Under the pieces are notes generated by a model. That model was not told the origin of the DNA. It made no database searches and saw only the letters and a list, made by a program, of their open reading frames with translations. Shown here one piece after another: positions 51,991-62,940 of a DNA stretch of 64,000 nucleotides; position 1 is the first letter of the stretch; the number at the start of each line of letters is the position of its first letter. The position numbers were made by a program, and so were the translations under genes. This DNA is from Octopus sinensis (Eukaryota), in contig NC_043005.1 in the NCBI RefSeq assembly GCF_006345805.1, positions 34,968,001 through 35,032,000 on the forward strand, written 5' to 3'.

Positions 51991-53420
51991 ACATCTTTTA
52001 TGTTCATGCTGATGACAGCCCCTTCCCCCATAACCCAAATACCTCTCTCATTTGACAACAGCAATATAGGAATCTCAAATGGATGCAACTTTAGGACATT
52101 TTTCTATAACGTGATTGTGAATTTTATTGTGCAAGAGCCTAAAAATTAGTATGACTTTGCCGATCCTTTAAACAGTATTTAAATGAAAACTTGTAATTAT
52201 ATAACTCAGATTTCAATTTTGTTTTGCAAGCTCCTGTATAATATTGTTTTTTATCATATGTTCTTACAGAGAGCATCCATGCTCCATGCTGGCATGAGTT
52301 GGGTGGTTTGACAGGATCTGATGGTCCCATCAGACTGCTCTGTGCTCCAATGATTTGCTTTAGCATAATTTCTATGGTTGGATACCCCTCTTAATACCAA
52401 TCACTTTACAGAGTGTGTTGGATGCTTTTTTCATGCCACCAGCACCATTCAAGTCATTATGCAGCTTGCTGGACTTAAAAGTCTGAGTGGTTAGGAGTAA
52501 CTTTATGCTCAGAGAATAAGGAGTTGACAGGAATAAAGCATGAGAGAAAGGGTTGGATCAAAACAGGTTTCTCATTGTAGAGAAATGCCAGGACTACTCA
52601 GAACACAAAAAGCTAGAAGCAATGACACTGAGCATTTTGTCTGCTATGCTATTCTTTCTAATTTAGGCATAAAGTCAATAATTTTGAAGGGATAAGTTTA
52701 GTCAATTCCATCAACCCAGTACTTGACAAGTTCTTTATTTAGGTACTTTATTAAATCAACACCTAAAGGGATGAAAAATATAGTTGATGATAGCAAGATT
52801 TGGACTCAGAATGTAAAGAGTTAAAAGGAATACTGTAAGGCATTCTATTCAACACCCTAATAATTCTTGAATCTCAATAATAATAATAATGGTTTCTAAC
52901 CTTGGTATGATAACCTCCAGTATTTGGTAGGGACCTGTATTATTTACATTAAAATAGTGAAAGACAAAGTCAACCATATGCACGTGTGCACACACACACA
53001 CACACATAATACATAAAAATGTGAAGTTCAACCTTGCTTGCTTGCAATGTTACACAGCCAAACTGGTGAATAATGGGAAAATATTTTGAAAGTAAAGTAC
53101 CTCTGGAATGTGAATATGAATGGAATAAAGCAAGTTTTGCATAAATCAGACCAGAAGTTATTGAGATATTCAGGGTTTTGGGGTATAAATACCCAAAACG
53201 GCACAATATGGGAAAATACTCTGAAAATAATTTAATCCTGAAAGGGAAGAAACTCTGACCTTTCCATTAGACACATTATAATGGGTAAAATACTTTTCAA
53301 TGAAAATGACTTAAAAAATATGGTAAATATTTTGTTAAAGACCCGTTTGTAATCTCAGTGCGAAATAGGTTTTTCCATAGGTTTCTTTCGAGTGCATTCA
53401 ACATATTTCACCTCCAAAGA

Positions 53421-53528
53421 TTTGGCTGCTACTTCTAGCATGCCCTGCTACCACGTAACTGCTATTTGCGATAAAGAACCCGAAATACCTGTTATGTTGT
53501 AGCAGGGCATGCAGAAATAGCAGCCAAA
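53421..53528. repeat. Inverted repeat hairpin, ~30-bp arms, 47-nt loop
   Basis: TTTGGCTGCTACTTCTAGCATGCCCTGCTAC (53421-51) versus GTAGCAGGGCATGCAGAAATAGCAGCCAAA (53499-528): one substitution, one indel. Confidence 0.85.
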
Positions 53529-53709
53529 AATTTCCTTTTCTAGGGAAAGGAGCCGTTTATTTGTGATTTCAATGCCATATCCATTGAAAGCATGTGAAAT
53601 AACATAGAAAACAAAAAAAAAACCTATGAAACAAAACTCCACTGCTTGGGAAACTCAGACTTCTCCAGTGACACAATGGGTCACAGGTAGTCTAACACAC
53701 ACACACACT

Positions 53710-53739
<30 letters not shown>

Positions 53740-53742
<3 letters not shown>

Positions 53743-54147
53743 CGTACCACCACTGCTTATATCACTCTGAGATATTTAGAAATATAATGTTTCTATTTTT
53801 TGTGATCAGTGGATTTATTTCACTGGAATTATATGTTTACAAGGTCTAGACAAGCATCTGCAGCTAGCAGGCCATACTACTCCAGACTGATGACGAGCAA
53901 GACTCAGAAACATGTCTCTAAATGCAGGCTTAGCTGGATGGGGGTGCTTGTCTCCCCCTTACAAATATAAGGACACAGGAAATGTGTCAAGGCCGACAGG
54001 AAGCATTGATGCTTCCTAGGGCTAAATAGCAGTGGTCTGATTCCCTTTATGGGACTGTCACGTTAAGTTGACAGTATACAACTGCTCTATCATACCACCA
54101 CTGCTTATATCTCTCTGAGATATTTAGAAATGTAATATTTCTATTTT
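53740..54147 (+). mobile_element. Retrozyme-like element: 348-bp unit plus 60-bp terminal direct repeat, flanked by (TA)n
   Basis: 53740-53799 versus 54088-54147 show 4 mismatches in 60 bp. Contains a minimal hammerhead core and several short hairpins; no ORF. Confidence 0.65.
53884..53919 (+). ncRNA. Candidate minimal type I hammerhead ribozyme (PLE/retrozyme type)
   Basis: AGA-CTGATGA(53887-93)-C-GAG-caaga-CTC-A-GAAA(53907-10)-CATGTC-TCT. Palindromic ACATGT stem III, GTC triplet 53914-16, stem I AGA/TCT. Confidence 0.6.
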
Positions 54148-54156
54148 ATATATATA

Positions 54157-54554
54157 CTAGCAGTATTGCCCAGCATTGCTCGGGTTTGTAAGGGAAATAA
54201 CTATATAAGCATTTTTAGAGAGTTATAGCCAAAAAATAGCAAAAAAATGCATTAAAAATGGAAAAGAAATTATGGTAAATTTTAATTTTAAAATCGTTGT
54301 CTCATCGTAGACATTTTTAGAGAGTTACTTCCCTTATATAATAGCAAAAAATGCATTAAAATGAAAAAAATGATGGTAAATTTTTTTTTAAATCGTAGAC
54401 TCATTGTAGATGCACGCTAATACCCAGAAGTGCTCGATATGAATCACGACTATAAGATACCCGGTTTTGGTTAAACTGCACCGCAAAATGTGGGAGTAGT
54501 TAGGAATCTAAATCGTAGGAGACAGACACACAACTTCACTTTTATATATAAAGA
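54157..54554 (-). mobile_element. Non-autonomous Helitron
   Basis: On the minus strand: A|TC 5' start at 54554, CTAG|T 3' end at 54157, subterminal GC hairpin (GCCCAGCA..TGCTCGGG, 54168-85). Internal ~102-bp tandem duplication (54210-54311 / 54312-54410). Confidence 0.75.
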
Positions 54555-55824
54555 TATATATATGTAAATGTGTATCTCTTTATCTACAAGAGGATGCTGA
54601 AAAGTTGCTGGCTTTTAGGGTATTGTGAAATGCCTTCCTGGAGGCTCAACTTTCCAAGTTCTTTTACAGGGCTTAGAAAAACTGAAGGACCATTGAGATA
54701 AGTGTGTGAATCTGAAAGGGGAATATATTGAATGAAATCATAATTAACTTGCATTTTCTTTTACCCAAAGCCAGGAACTTTTCAGCACCCTCTTGTATAT
54801 GCAAATATATGTGTTTGTGTGTGTGTATGTGTAAATATATATATATATATAATGTATAGGTTGTTAGGGTAAATCCTACTTATTCTTGAAGCACATCTGC
54901 TTGTTCTAGTATTACAATCCAATATGTAGTCTCAGTTGCTGAGTTCTTTGTACACACATACACACACACATAGACACACACATATACAGAGAGATAGACA
55001 GAGAGGGGGAGAGGACGAAAGAGATAGAGAGAAAGAGGTAGAGGTAAGAAGATGTGTGTGGCTTAGCAGTTAGCCTGTTAGTCCTCATACTCATAAGACT
55101 CTGGGTTCAATTCCTGCACAAAGCACGTGGTGTCTTTGAGCAATCAATACCAGCCAAGTACCAGTGCTTCTCTCTCTTTCCCTTCAGTTGTCACATCCTC
55201 AGTGTTCTTCTGGGTCAAGGAGAGGAAAGCCAAGAGATTGTCCCGTGTCTATTCTCAACAACAAAACCACTTAAAACACTCAAAACAATTTCAAAAAACG
55301 TGGTGCAAGCTTCCGGGTCAAACTAGCTTAAGATTGACAGCATTGTATGTATGTATATATATGTATATATATAAATATATTTATGTATATATGTACTGTC
55401 ATCATCATCATTATTGTTTAATGTCCGCCTTCCATTCTGGTATGGGTGGGATGGTTTGACAGGAGAAGGGCTAGGCAGAAGCCTGCACCGGACTTCTGTG
55501 ACTTTTGGCAGGAATTTTTTGGCTAGATGCCCTTACTAACACCGACAACTCAGCAGAGTAGACTTAGTACTTTTTACATCACACATACACACACACACAC
55601 ACAAACTCACACATGTAGGTATGTATTCCAACACTGTGTTTCAGTTTACTTATCCTTTTTCCAGGCTGATAAAATAAAATAACTATATTTGCTGCTATAT
55701 AAAATGTATTTTTCTTCTCCCACAAAATGTTTCAGAAACTCAGTCTGGGTCCCATATACGAAGTTGGGTTTCTCAGCTGTCACATCCTCATGGTCCTTCT
55801 GCACCAAAAACTTTTATTTTTTAC

Positions 55825-55972
55825 CTGTGTGGTTAGAAGCTTGCTTCCCAACCATGGTTCTGGGTTCAGTCCCACTGTGTGGCACCTTGGGCAGGTGTCC
55901 TCCCCTATAGCCTTGGGCCGACCAAAGTCTTGTGAGTTGATTTGATAGACAGAAACTGAAAGAAGACTGTTG

Positions 55973-56018
<46 letters not shown>

Positions 56019-56093
56019 GTGTCTGTGTTTGTCCCCACACCATTGCTTGACACCATTGCTGTTGTGTTTATATCCCTGTAACTAATCAGTTCG
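55825..56093 (+). mobile_element. tRNA-derived SINE family A with expanded internal (TA)n
   Basis: CTGTGTGGTTAGAAGCTTGCTTCC...GGGTTCAGTCCCACTG..GGCACCTTGGGCAGG head; body shared with the 29091 copy. Confidence 0.8.
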
Positions 56094-56796
56094 TGCCAGT
56101 CATGAGGTCAAACATCCGTGAAAGTTTCATCTAAATCCATCCAGTGGTTCTTGAGATATCTTGTCCATGGATAAACAAACAAACACAACTGAAAACAATA
56201 CCTCCGCCTTTGTTAAGGCGGAGGTAACAAATTGATCTATAAGAGGAGGTAATTCTCTGGCTTAAGTTATACCTGCTAGACACTTAATTCTTCAAATCCT
56301 AACGTTTCTTCCAGAATTTGTTGTTTTATGAGATCCTTACCTTTAATTATTAAATAATTGTTTTACTAAATAATATTGAATACCTCATTCTTAAGGATCA
56401 TATCACACTCCAGAGAACAACAGTTATGAAGTGGTTTCAAAGAAATGGAATAAATGGAATCGGGAATTTTGTTAAGCCATTGGATTTTAAGATATCTGTT
56501 ACAACTGTTACTTATATTTGCTCTTATACATATGTAGCTTATCTCTTGATTTTCTGTGTAAATCACAACATCCATACATAATGAGTATCTATACTGATGA
56601 CATACGAAATGCACTTTTTTTAAAGACAAAATGTCTCAATGATATTGTCTGGTTCCTAGTTCGGAAATTGGTCCTATAGATATGCATTAATACGCAAAAT
56701 TTTTTTTCTGAATATGCAGTGCTGAAAATGGGGTGCGTGTAATATACCTAATATGTGTGTGTGAACACATTCTGTATGTATGCATATATGTATGTA

Positions 56797-58064
56797 CAGG
56801 GGTTAGACAAAATAATGGAAACATGTAGCATCATACCATCATAATTTTGAAATATCTATAAAACTGTCAAAAGCTTGTTTATTTTTGTGTTTTTTTACTT
56901 ATTATTAATATTGCTTAATATGTTTTGCTAAAAGTACTGAATCTTTTCAGATATCATCAGAAAAAAGTAATTAAAATTTATTAAAATGACAGATCTATTG
57001 GACTTTCAAAGCAGTCAAATTGTTGGTACTCATATGGCAGGTGCTAGCATAATGAAAACAGATGAAATGTTTGGTGTATCAAGAAGTACTATCTTGAAAG
57101 TTATGACAGCCTTTGAGAAAGAGGGAAAAACCTCCTTGTCGAAACAAAACTCCAGAAGAAAACCAAAACTTTCAGGTAGGGACTGCCAGACTCTTACGTG
57201 AATTGTTAGGAAGGATCACAAAAGTACAGTTCCCAAAATTACGGCAAAGTTTAATGACTACCTCGAGAAGCCAGTTTCTTCAAAATCTGTTCGCTGGGAG
57301 CTGCACAAAGCTGGATTTCACGGGAGGGCTGTAATCAGAAAACCACTACTTTCAAAAACAGATGTTGCAAAACGTTTAGAGTGGAGTAAAAAACCTACAT
57401 AATAGGTCCCTTGAGCAGTGGAAGAATGTTATTTTCTCAAACGAGTCATCCTTTATCTTACTTCTGACCACCGGCCAAGTATATTGTGGAGACAGCCAAA
57501 AGAAGCATTTGACCCAGACTGCCTTCTTCCATCTGTTAAACATGGAGGAGGATCTGTGATGATCTGTGGGGTCTACATCTTGGAAATCTGCCAGCCCAAT
57601 GGTTTCCCTTCATGGTAGAATTAACAGTGAAGACTATTTAAGCATTTTATCTATTCAAATTCATCCTTTTGTTGCAGAACTGTTTCCAGAGGGAAACGCA
57701 ATCTTTCAGGATGATAATGCACCAATTCACATAGCTAAATTTGTTACTGAATGGCACGAAGAACATTCTGGTGAAGTTGAACGTCTTATCTGGCCACCAC
57801 AGTCCCCAGATTTCAATGTCATTGGACATTTATGGTGCATTTTAGAAAAAGAAGTAATGAGTCGATATTCTCAAGCATCATCACTACAAGAACTGGAGAC
57901 TATTTTAGCTGAAGAATGGACAAAAATTCCTTTGGAAACAATTCTAACTTTGTACGAGTCCATATCTTGTAGAATTCAAGCTGTAATTACTGCCAAAGGC
58001 GGTCCTACCCCATATTAAAATAAATTTGTTTGAAATTTTAGGCGTTTCCTTTATTCTGTCCCAA
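56797..58064 (+). mobile_element. Decayed Tc1/mariner DNA transposon (transposase pseudogene 56986-58018, DD36E spacing)
   Basis: TA then left TIR CAGGGGTTAGACAAAATAATGGAAACA; damaged right TIR at ~58043-64. Motifs GVSRSTI (HTH), RKPLLS, WKNVIFSNES, VKHGGGSVM, FQDDNAPIH, WPPQSPDFNVIG and KGGPTPY*, with one stop and frameshifts. Confidence 0.95.
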
Positions 58065-59088
58065 TACATGTGTGTGTGTGTGTTCGTGTACAGGGGTGTT
58101 TGTATGTTTATGCATGGATGGATGGATGATTTGTGTGTGTGTGGTCTGATCTGTAGTAAGAATCTATGGTTTTTGCAATCTCTCTAATTCCGGCGAGATT
58201 GATGTAACTGAAACATCGGAAGGTCAAACCCCAAAAAACCAAAAAAACCCCCCGATGTGTGAGGATTTCTTGTACCCTGATGTTGTGGGACAGAGCAACT
58301 GGGTGTAATGTTTATTATAGGGCTTGGGATGAACAGAGCATAGTGAACAGAGAAGTAGAGACGTGGTGTTATGACTACACACACCTTCTGGAGACTCTGT
58401 AATAGCAACAGAGATGCCAGAATGAGGAAACAAATTTAATGATGTTACTATCTTCTACTAATGTTGAAGAAACTTATCATTATTCGCTTTTAAGCTTAAA
58501 AAAGTAACATTTTCTTCTGCGAAATTAGTTCTATGTAATTTAATTTTTTAAACTATAAATATTTTATTACTTTAAAATATGTATTGATGTAAGGAAATTA
58601 TCAAAACAAAAAAAAAAAACGAAAAAAATGCATTGATGTAAGGGAAGTAATTCAAATGTCTTAACTAGTTATTTCCCTTGTTCTTTCGCATGAATCAGTT
58701 AAACATCGTTGATATATTAGAATCAAAAATAAAAATTGTCTTGATTAAATTGAACCAAGAATATAAAAATTGTTCTAGTTAAATCATGCGAGAAATTAAT
58801 TTTATTTTTCTTTAAGAAGTAAAGATGAATAGGGAGCTGCCTGTCTTAAAGAAGAGATGATAGGAATTTGCTTGAAACAATATAGTCATTTCTTATAGTA
58901 TTCCATAGATGGTTCCTGTATTTTGAATTGTCCCTAGTAGATACCCTGTCACATATTCATTATCTCACCAGGGCGCTTAACTATTTTGAACTTGAAATCG
59001 CTCTTAGTTCTATGATACAAACGTCCTATTTTAAAGTGATTTAAATTGAAACTTTCCATTAAAATTTATGTTCCAAATACCAGTTTAA

Positions 59089-59463
59089 GGATCTTTTCGG
59101 TTTGAATGGCAATTTTTTCTAGCTGTGTCATATGAAATTGTCACCCTAGTATCGATCTATTGCATTTTAATCTGTTTTAGGGTTAGGGTTAGGGGTGGGG
59201 GAAGGGTATCTTTTTTTCTTCAGAAATGTAAATAAACCCAAATCTGTTTCTTAAACGAGGGACATTTTCATACGGCACAGAATGTTTTCACCTCAATAGA
59301 TGTCATTGATGGGTTGAAATTGCAGAATTTAAAGAAAAAAAAACAACAAAATGCCAAGAGAAAAAGATGTTTTATAAACACATTCTACCAGTATACGAAG
59401 TTTAAAAGTGTTTAGTTACGGGGAAATTATTTTAAAAAACTGCCGTTCAAACCGAAAAGATCC
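59089..59463. mobile_element. MITE 1 (375 bp), 30-bp TIRs, 9-bp TSD CCAGTTTAA
   Basis: TIR GGATCTTTTCGGTTTGAATGGCAATTTTTT (59089-118) versus 59434-63 with 2 mismatches; TSD at 59080-88 and 59464-72. Confidence 0.9.
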
Positions 59464-59920
59464 CCAGTTTAATAATGACAAAATTATTTTAATAAATTCT
59501 TAATTATTTTCAAAATTAATTGAAACAAATACAGTGTATTTCAAAAAAAATATGACAACAAACAGGTTGAAGAGAAAATCAGTCTCGGTGATTAAAACTT
59601 AATATTGATGGATATCTAAACCAGTGCTCAACCATTTCTCCAAGAAACAACTAAATATAGCACTGGATTCAATCCTGTGTTTTGCCACATAGAAATCACA
59701 CTTCAATTATGTGCACAACTGAGATTTTATCCAATGAACAGCAGCTGTTCACGTGATAATTTGGTGGTTTGACTAGAATTTTATGTGAGCAAGGCCTACA
59801 AATACAGCCAAATTGAGCACCAAAAATTCAGAGTGTCTTGAGCTGAGTTGGTATACACTCCCCTAATAGCGTTTGTTTACAACTGCATATTCAACCTGAA
59901 ATGATTACAGAAGAAGACAC

Positions 59921-60880
59921 GGATCTTTTTGCTTTGACCGGCAGACTTTTAAAATAATTTCCATGTAACTAAACACTTTTAAACTTCGTATACTGGTAGA
60001 ATGTGTTTATAAAACATCTTTTTCTCTTGGCTTTCTTGAGAAAATTCTGTAGTTTGAAAGATATTTGTAAGATAAATTATGGGTGACATTTTCATATGAC
60101 ACCGCCAGAAAATGTAGTTTACACTCTATGGCAGAAATCGTTTTCACCTCAATAGACATTATCGATTGGTTGAAATTGCCGAAATTGAAGAAAATATCTT
60201 ACAAATATCTTTCAAACTACAGAATTTTCTCAAGAAAGTCAAGAGAAAAAGATGTTTTATAAACGACGTGCAACCAAAAGAATACCCTCCATCAGGCATT
60301 TGCCATATTCTGAATGCCTTACTTCCCTGGGTATGGACACATTGAAACTCCGACGTCTGGCAGCTGACTTGGCAGACACCCATAAAATTATCAACCATTG
60401 TACAAACAATAACTCTGAGCTCCTTTTCAAACTCCACCCATCTAACAACCGTGGACATATTTACAAAGTCAGAAAACAACACAGCTCCCATGACTTTAGG
60501 AAACATTTTTTCATGCTGAGAGTTGCTGAAGCATGGAACAAACTGCCGGTATCAGTTGTTAGTTGTCGGAGCACTGCATCCTTCAAAACTTCCATGCTTT
60601 CTGAGATTCGCCAACACTACACCTGATTTTCTCCCCTCCATACACACACAAGCATGTATCTGACTCATGCATTGTTCGCTTTCCAGACATTTGTACATTA
60701 CTGCATGTGCTTTATATGCACTGTCTGACAAGTTGTGGTGCACCTGAGCACTGTATACAATAACTTCATTATTATTATTATTATTATTATTTAAACACAT
60801 TCTACCAGTATACGAAGTTTAAAAGTGTTTAGTTACATGGAAATTATTTTAAAAATCTGCCGGTCAAAGCGAAAAGATCT
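59921..60880. mobile_element. MITE 2, same terminal motif, 154-bp inverted arms, 8-bp TSD GAAGACAC, carrying a CR1 insertion
   Basis: Left arm 59921-60074; right arm 60195-60264 plus 60797-60880 (70+84=154). TSD at 59913-20 and 60881-88. Confidence 0.9.
60265..60791 (+). mobile_element. 5'-truncated CR1-group LINE 3' end with (ATT)n tail, 5-bp TSD TAAAC
   Basis: ORF 60252..60626 peptide RRATKRIP..RHLPY...LRRL..DL...KII...RGH..K....RKHFF..RV..AWNKLP..VV...S...FK is the typical CR1 ORF2 C-terminus. TSD at 60260-64 and 60792-96. Confidence 0.85.
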
Positions 60881-62323
60881 GAAGACACACCATGGCACCT
60901 GAATATGTATTTGATATGTAAAAATTAGCTCAAATGTTGAGTTTCTTACAAAGACATTCTGTACATATCATATGTTATTCTATCTGAATGTTTCCATTAA
61001 TTGTATTGCATGAACCCTTTACCTATTACTGTAACAAATAAATTATTTTCCAATACACAAAGAAGCCTTCATAATTAAACAGTAATATTTATTTTTTAAA
61101 AATTATAATTAATTCTTCCTTCTTTTTTTCCATTTATTATAGTTTTAGTTTATTATAATCTGAAATATTTTTTCAGTGATATATCTAATACTTGGGTGGG
61201 TTTACATTCAGTTTCATTGGGTTTAGTCTTTATAAAATCTATTATCTCACAGATAAACACAAACTCGCAAACACACACACACACGCACACACATGTACAC
61301 ATATTCACACACATACATGCACATGTTCACAGACATAGACTGAATAAGTAAACTTCTACATTCTGTTATGATATCATATTCCTTTTTGTCTCTTGATGGT
61401 TAAAACATATATATACATAAAGAAAAAAGTATATAGAGACAAATGAAACTGCACAGCTTTATTCCAGATTTATGTATGTACATGCATACATATGTACATA
61501 CATACATATGTACATACATAACATAGATAGATAGATACATACATACATACATACATAAGTAGTAAAAGATTACCCCAAAATGATTACCGGTTTGTTCTCA
61601 GTTATACATACATATATATATATGTATATATATATGTATATACATATGTGTGTGCATGCATGCATGTGTGTGTGTGTGTGTGTGTGTGTGCACGCGCGCG
61701 CATGAATAATACACATACACACATATAAAAAAAATAAAGTTTAGGCGATAATCTTAGTTGGAAGATATATATACAACAAACTTTACACACATCACCAGGG
61801 TACATTCAGGTATTCCTATGCCATCATATATAAATATAAGCACTCACACACACACATTAACACATGTGCATGTATACATACACACCACACTCATGCAATA
61901 AAAACTAATATATATATTATCCGTGGTTGCAGGAATCATAATTTCAAATAATTCGATCTTCAGCTTTTCAACAATGACACAGATTTCATCATAATATTCT
62001 GGAATAAAAAATAAAATATCAAATAAAATTCATAATAAATCATTAAGAAATATTTTAATCATAATATTAATGCAGTTATGAAATATCAAAATAGCTCATA
62101 TTAATCTGCGATAATCTTCTATAATGCTGGTATTTAGTTGTGATAATTTATGTTTACAGTTCAATTCCCTCTGAAGCCTACTTTGCTGATTATCCTTCTA
62201 GAATCAATAAAATAAAGTACCAGTCATTATTCAGTTTTATTTCAAACTTTTTTGCCAATAAAGAAAGAGCCAGTTTCTAACCTAGATTCAAGGCTCCTTC
62301 ATTGGAATTTCAACATCAACAGG

Positions 62324-62330
62324 GTATATA

Positions 62331-62387
<57 letters not shown>

Positions 62388-62555
62388 GTGTGCATGTATG
62401 TATGTATGTATGTATGTATGCATGTATGTATGTATGTATGTATGTATGTATGCATGCATGCATTCAGGCAGGCAGGCAGGCAGGCAGGCAGGTAGGTAGG
62501 TAGGTATGTATGTATGTATGTATGTATGTATGTATGTATGTATGTATGTATGTAT
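62324..62555. repeat. Compound microsatellite (TG)n-(TATG)n-(CAGG)n-(TAGG)n-(TATG)n
   Basis: Directly visible. Similar compound arrays lie at 46105-46222 and 61470-61720, and simple (CA)n at 21064-21099. Confidence 0.95.
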
Positions 62556-62559
62556 GGAA

Positions 62560-62940
62560 CAATGGGCAGAGAAACTCTTGAGAGTCAGCGGCCATCCAAT
62601 AAATGTGTTAAGGCTGTATCATGTGCGGGGACATAGAAATAATTGGACTGAATACCCGATCGCACGGTTAAACCATTGGGAGTGAAGGACTCCTAGCCTT
62701 TGTTAGGGCATCCTTCTAGGAGAAGGTAACTCAGGTAACTGGGATAACTCCGACATAGAACCTGCGGCTCAGTGGTTACCGATGATGTTGACTTGTTCTT
62801 CTTTTCAGATTATGGCTGCTGTTGCTTAGTGAGTGAGATTGACTCAATGCACAGCCTTTCCTCACTTTAAAAAAAATCTTCTTGCACAGGCATTGCACGA
62901 TAACAACATTGATTAAGCTTCGTGCAAAGGCCACACTCGA
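62560..62940 (+). mobile_element. CpG-retaining interspersed sequence, possibly the 5' UTR of an RTE-like LINE
   Basis: Contains TCTAGGAGAAGGTAACTC, resembling a motif I recall from RTE 5' UTRs; no ORF. Weak. Confidence 0.3.

Noticed and set aside
56594-56612. CTGATGACATACGAAAT hammerhead-like string
   Set aside because: Only 5 nt between the boxes with no pairing, and no stems I or III; expected by chance.
58170-58440. GC-richer, CpG-containing segment after the Tc1 element
   Set aside because: No recognisable homology, repeat or stable structure by eye; cannot support a call.
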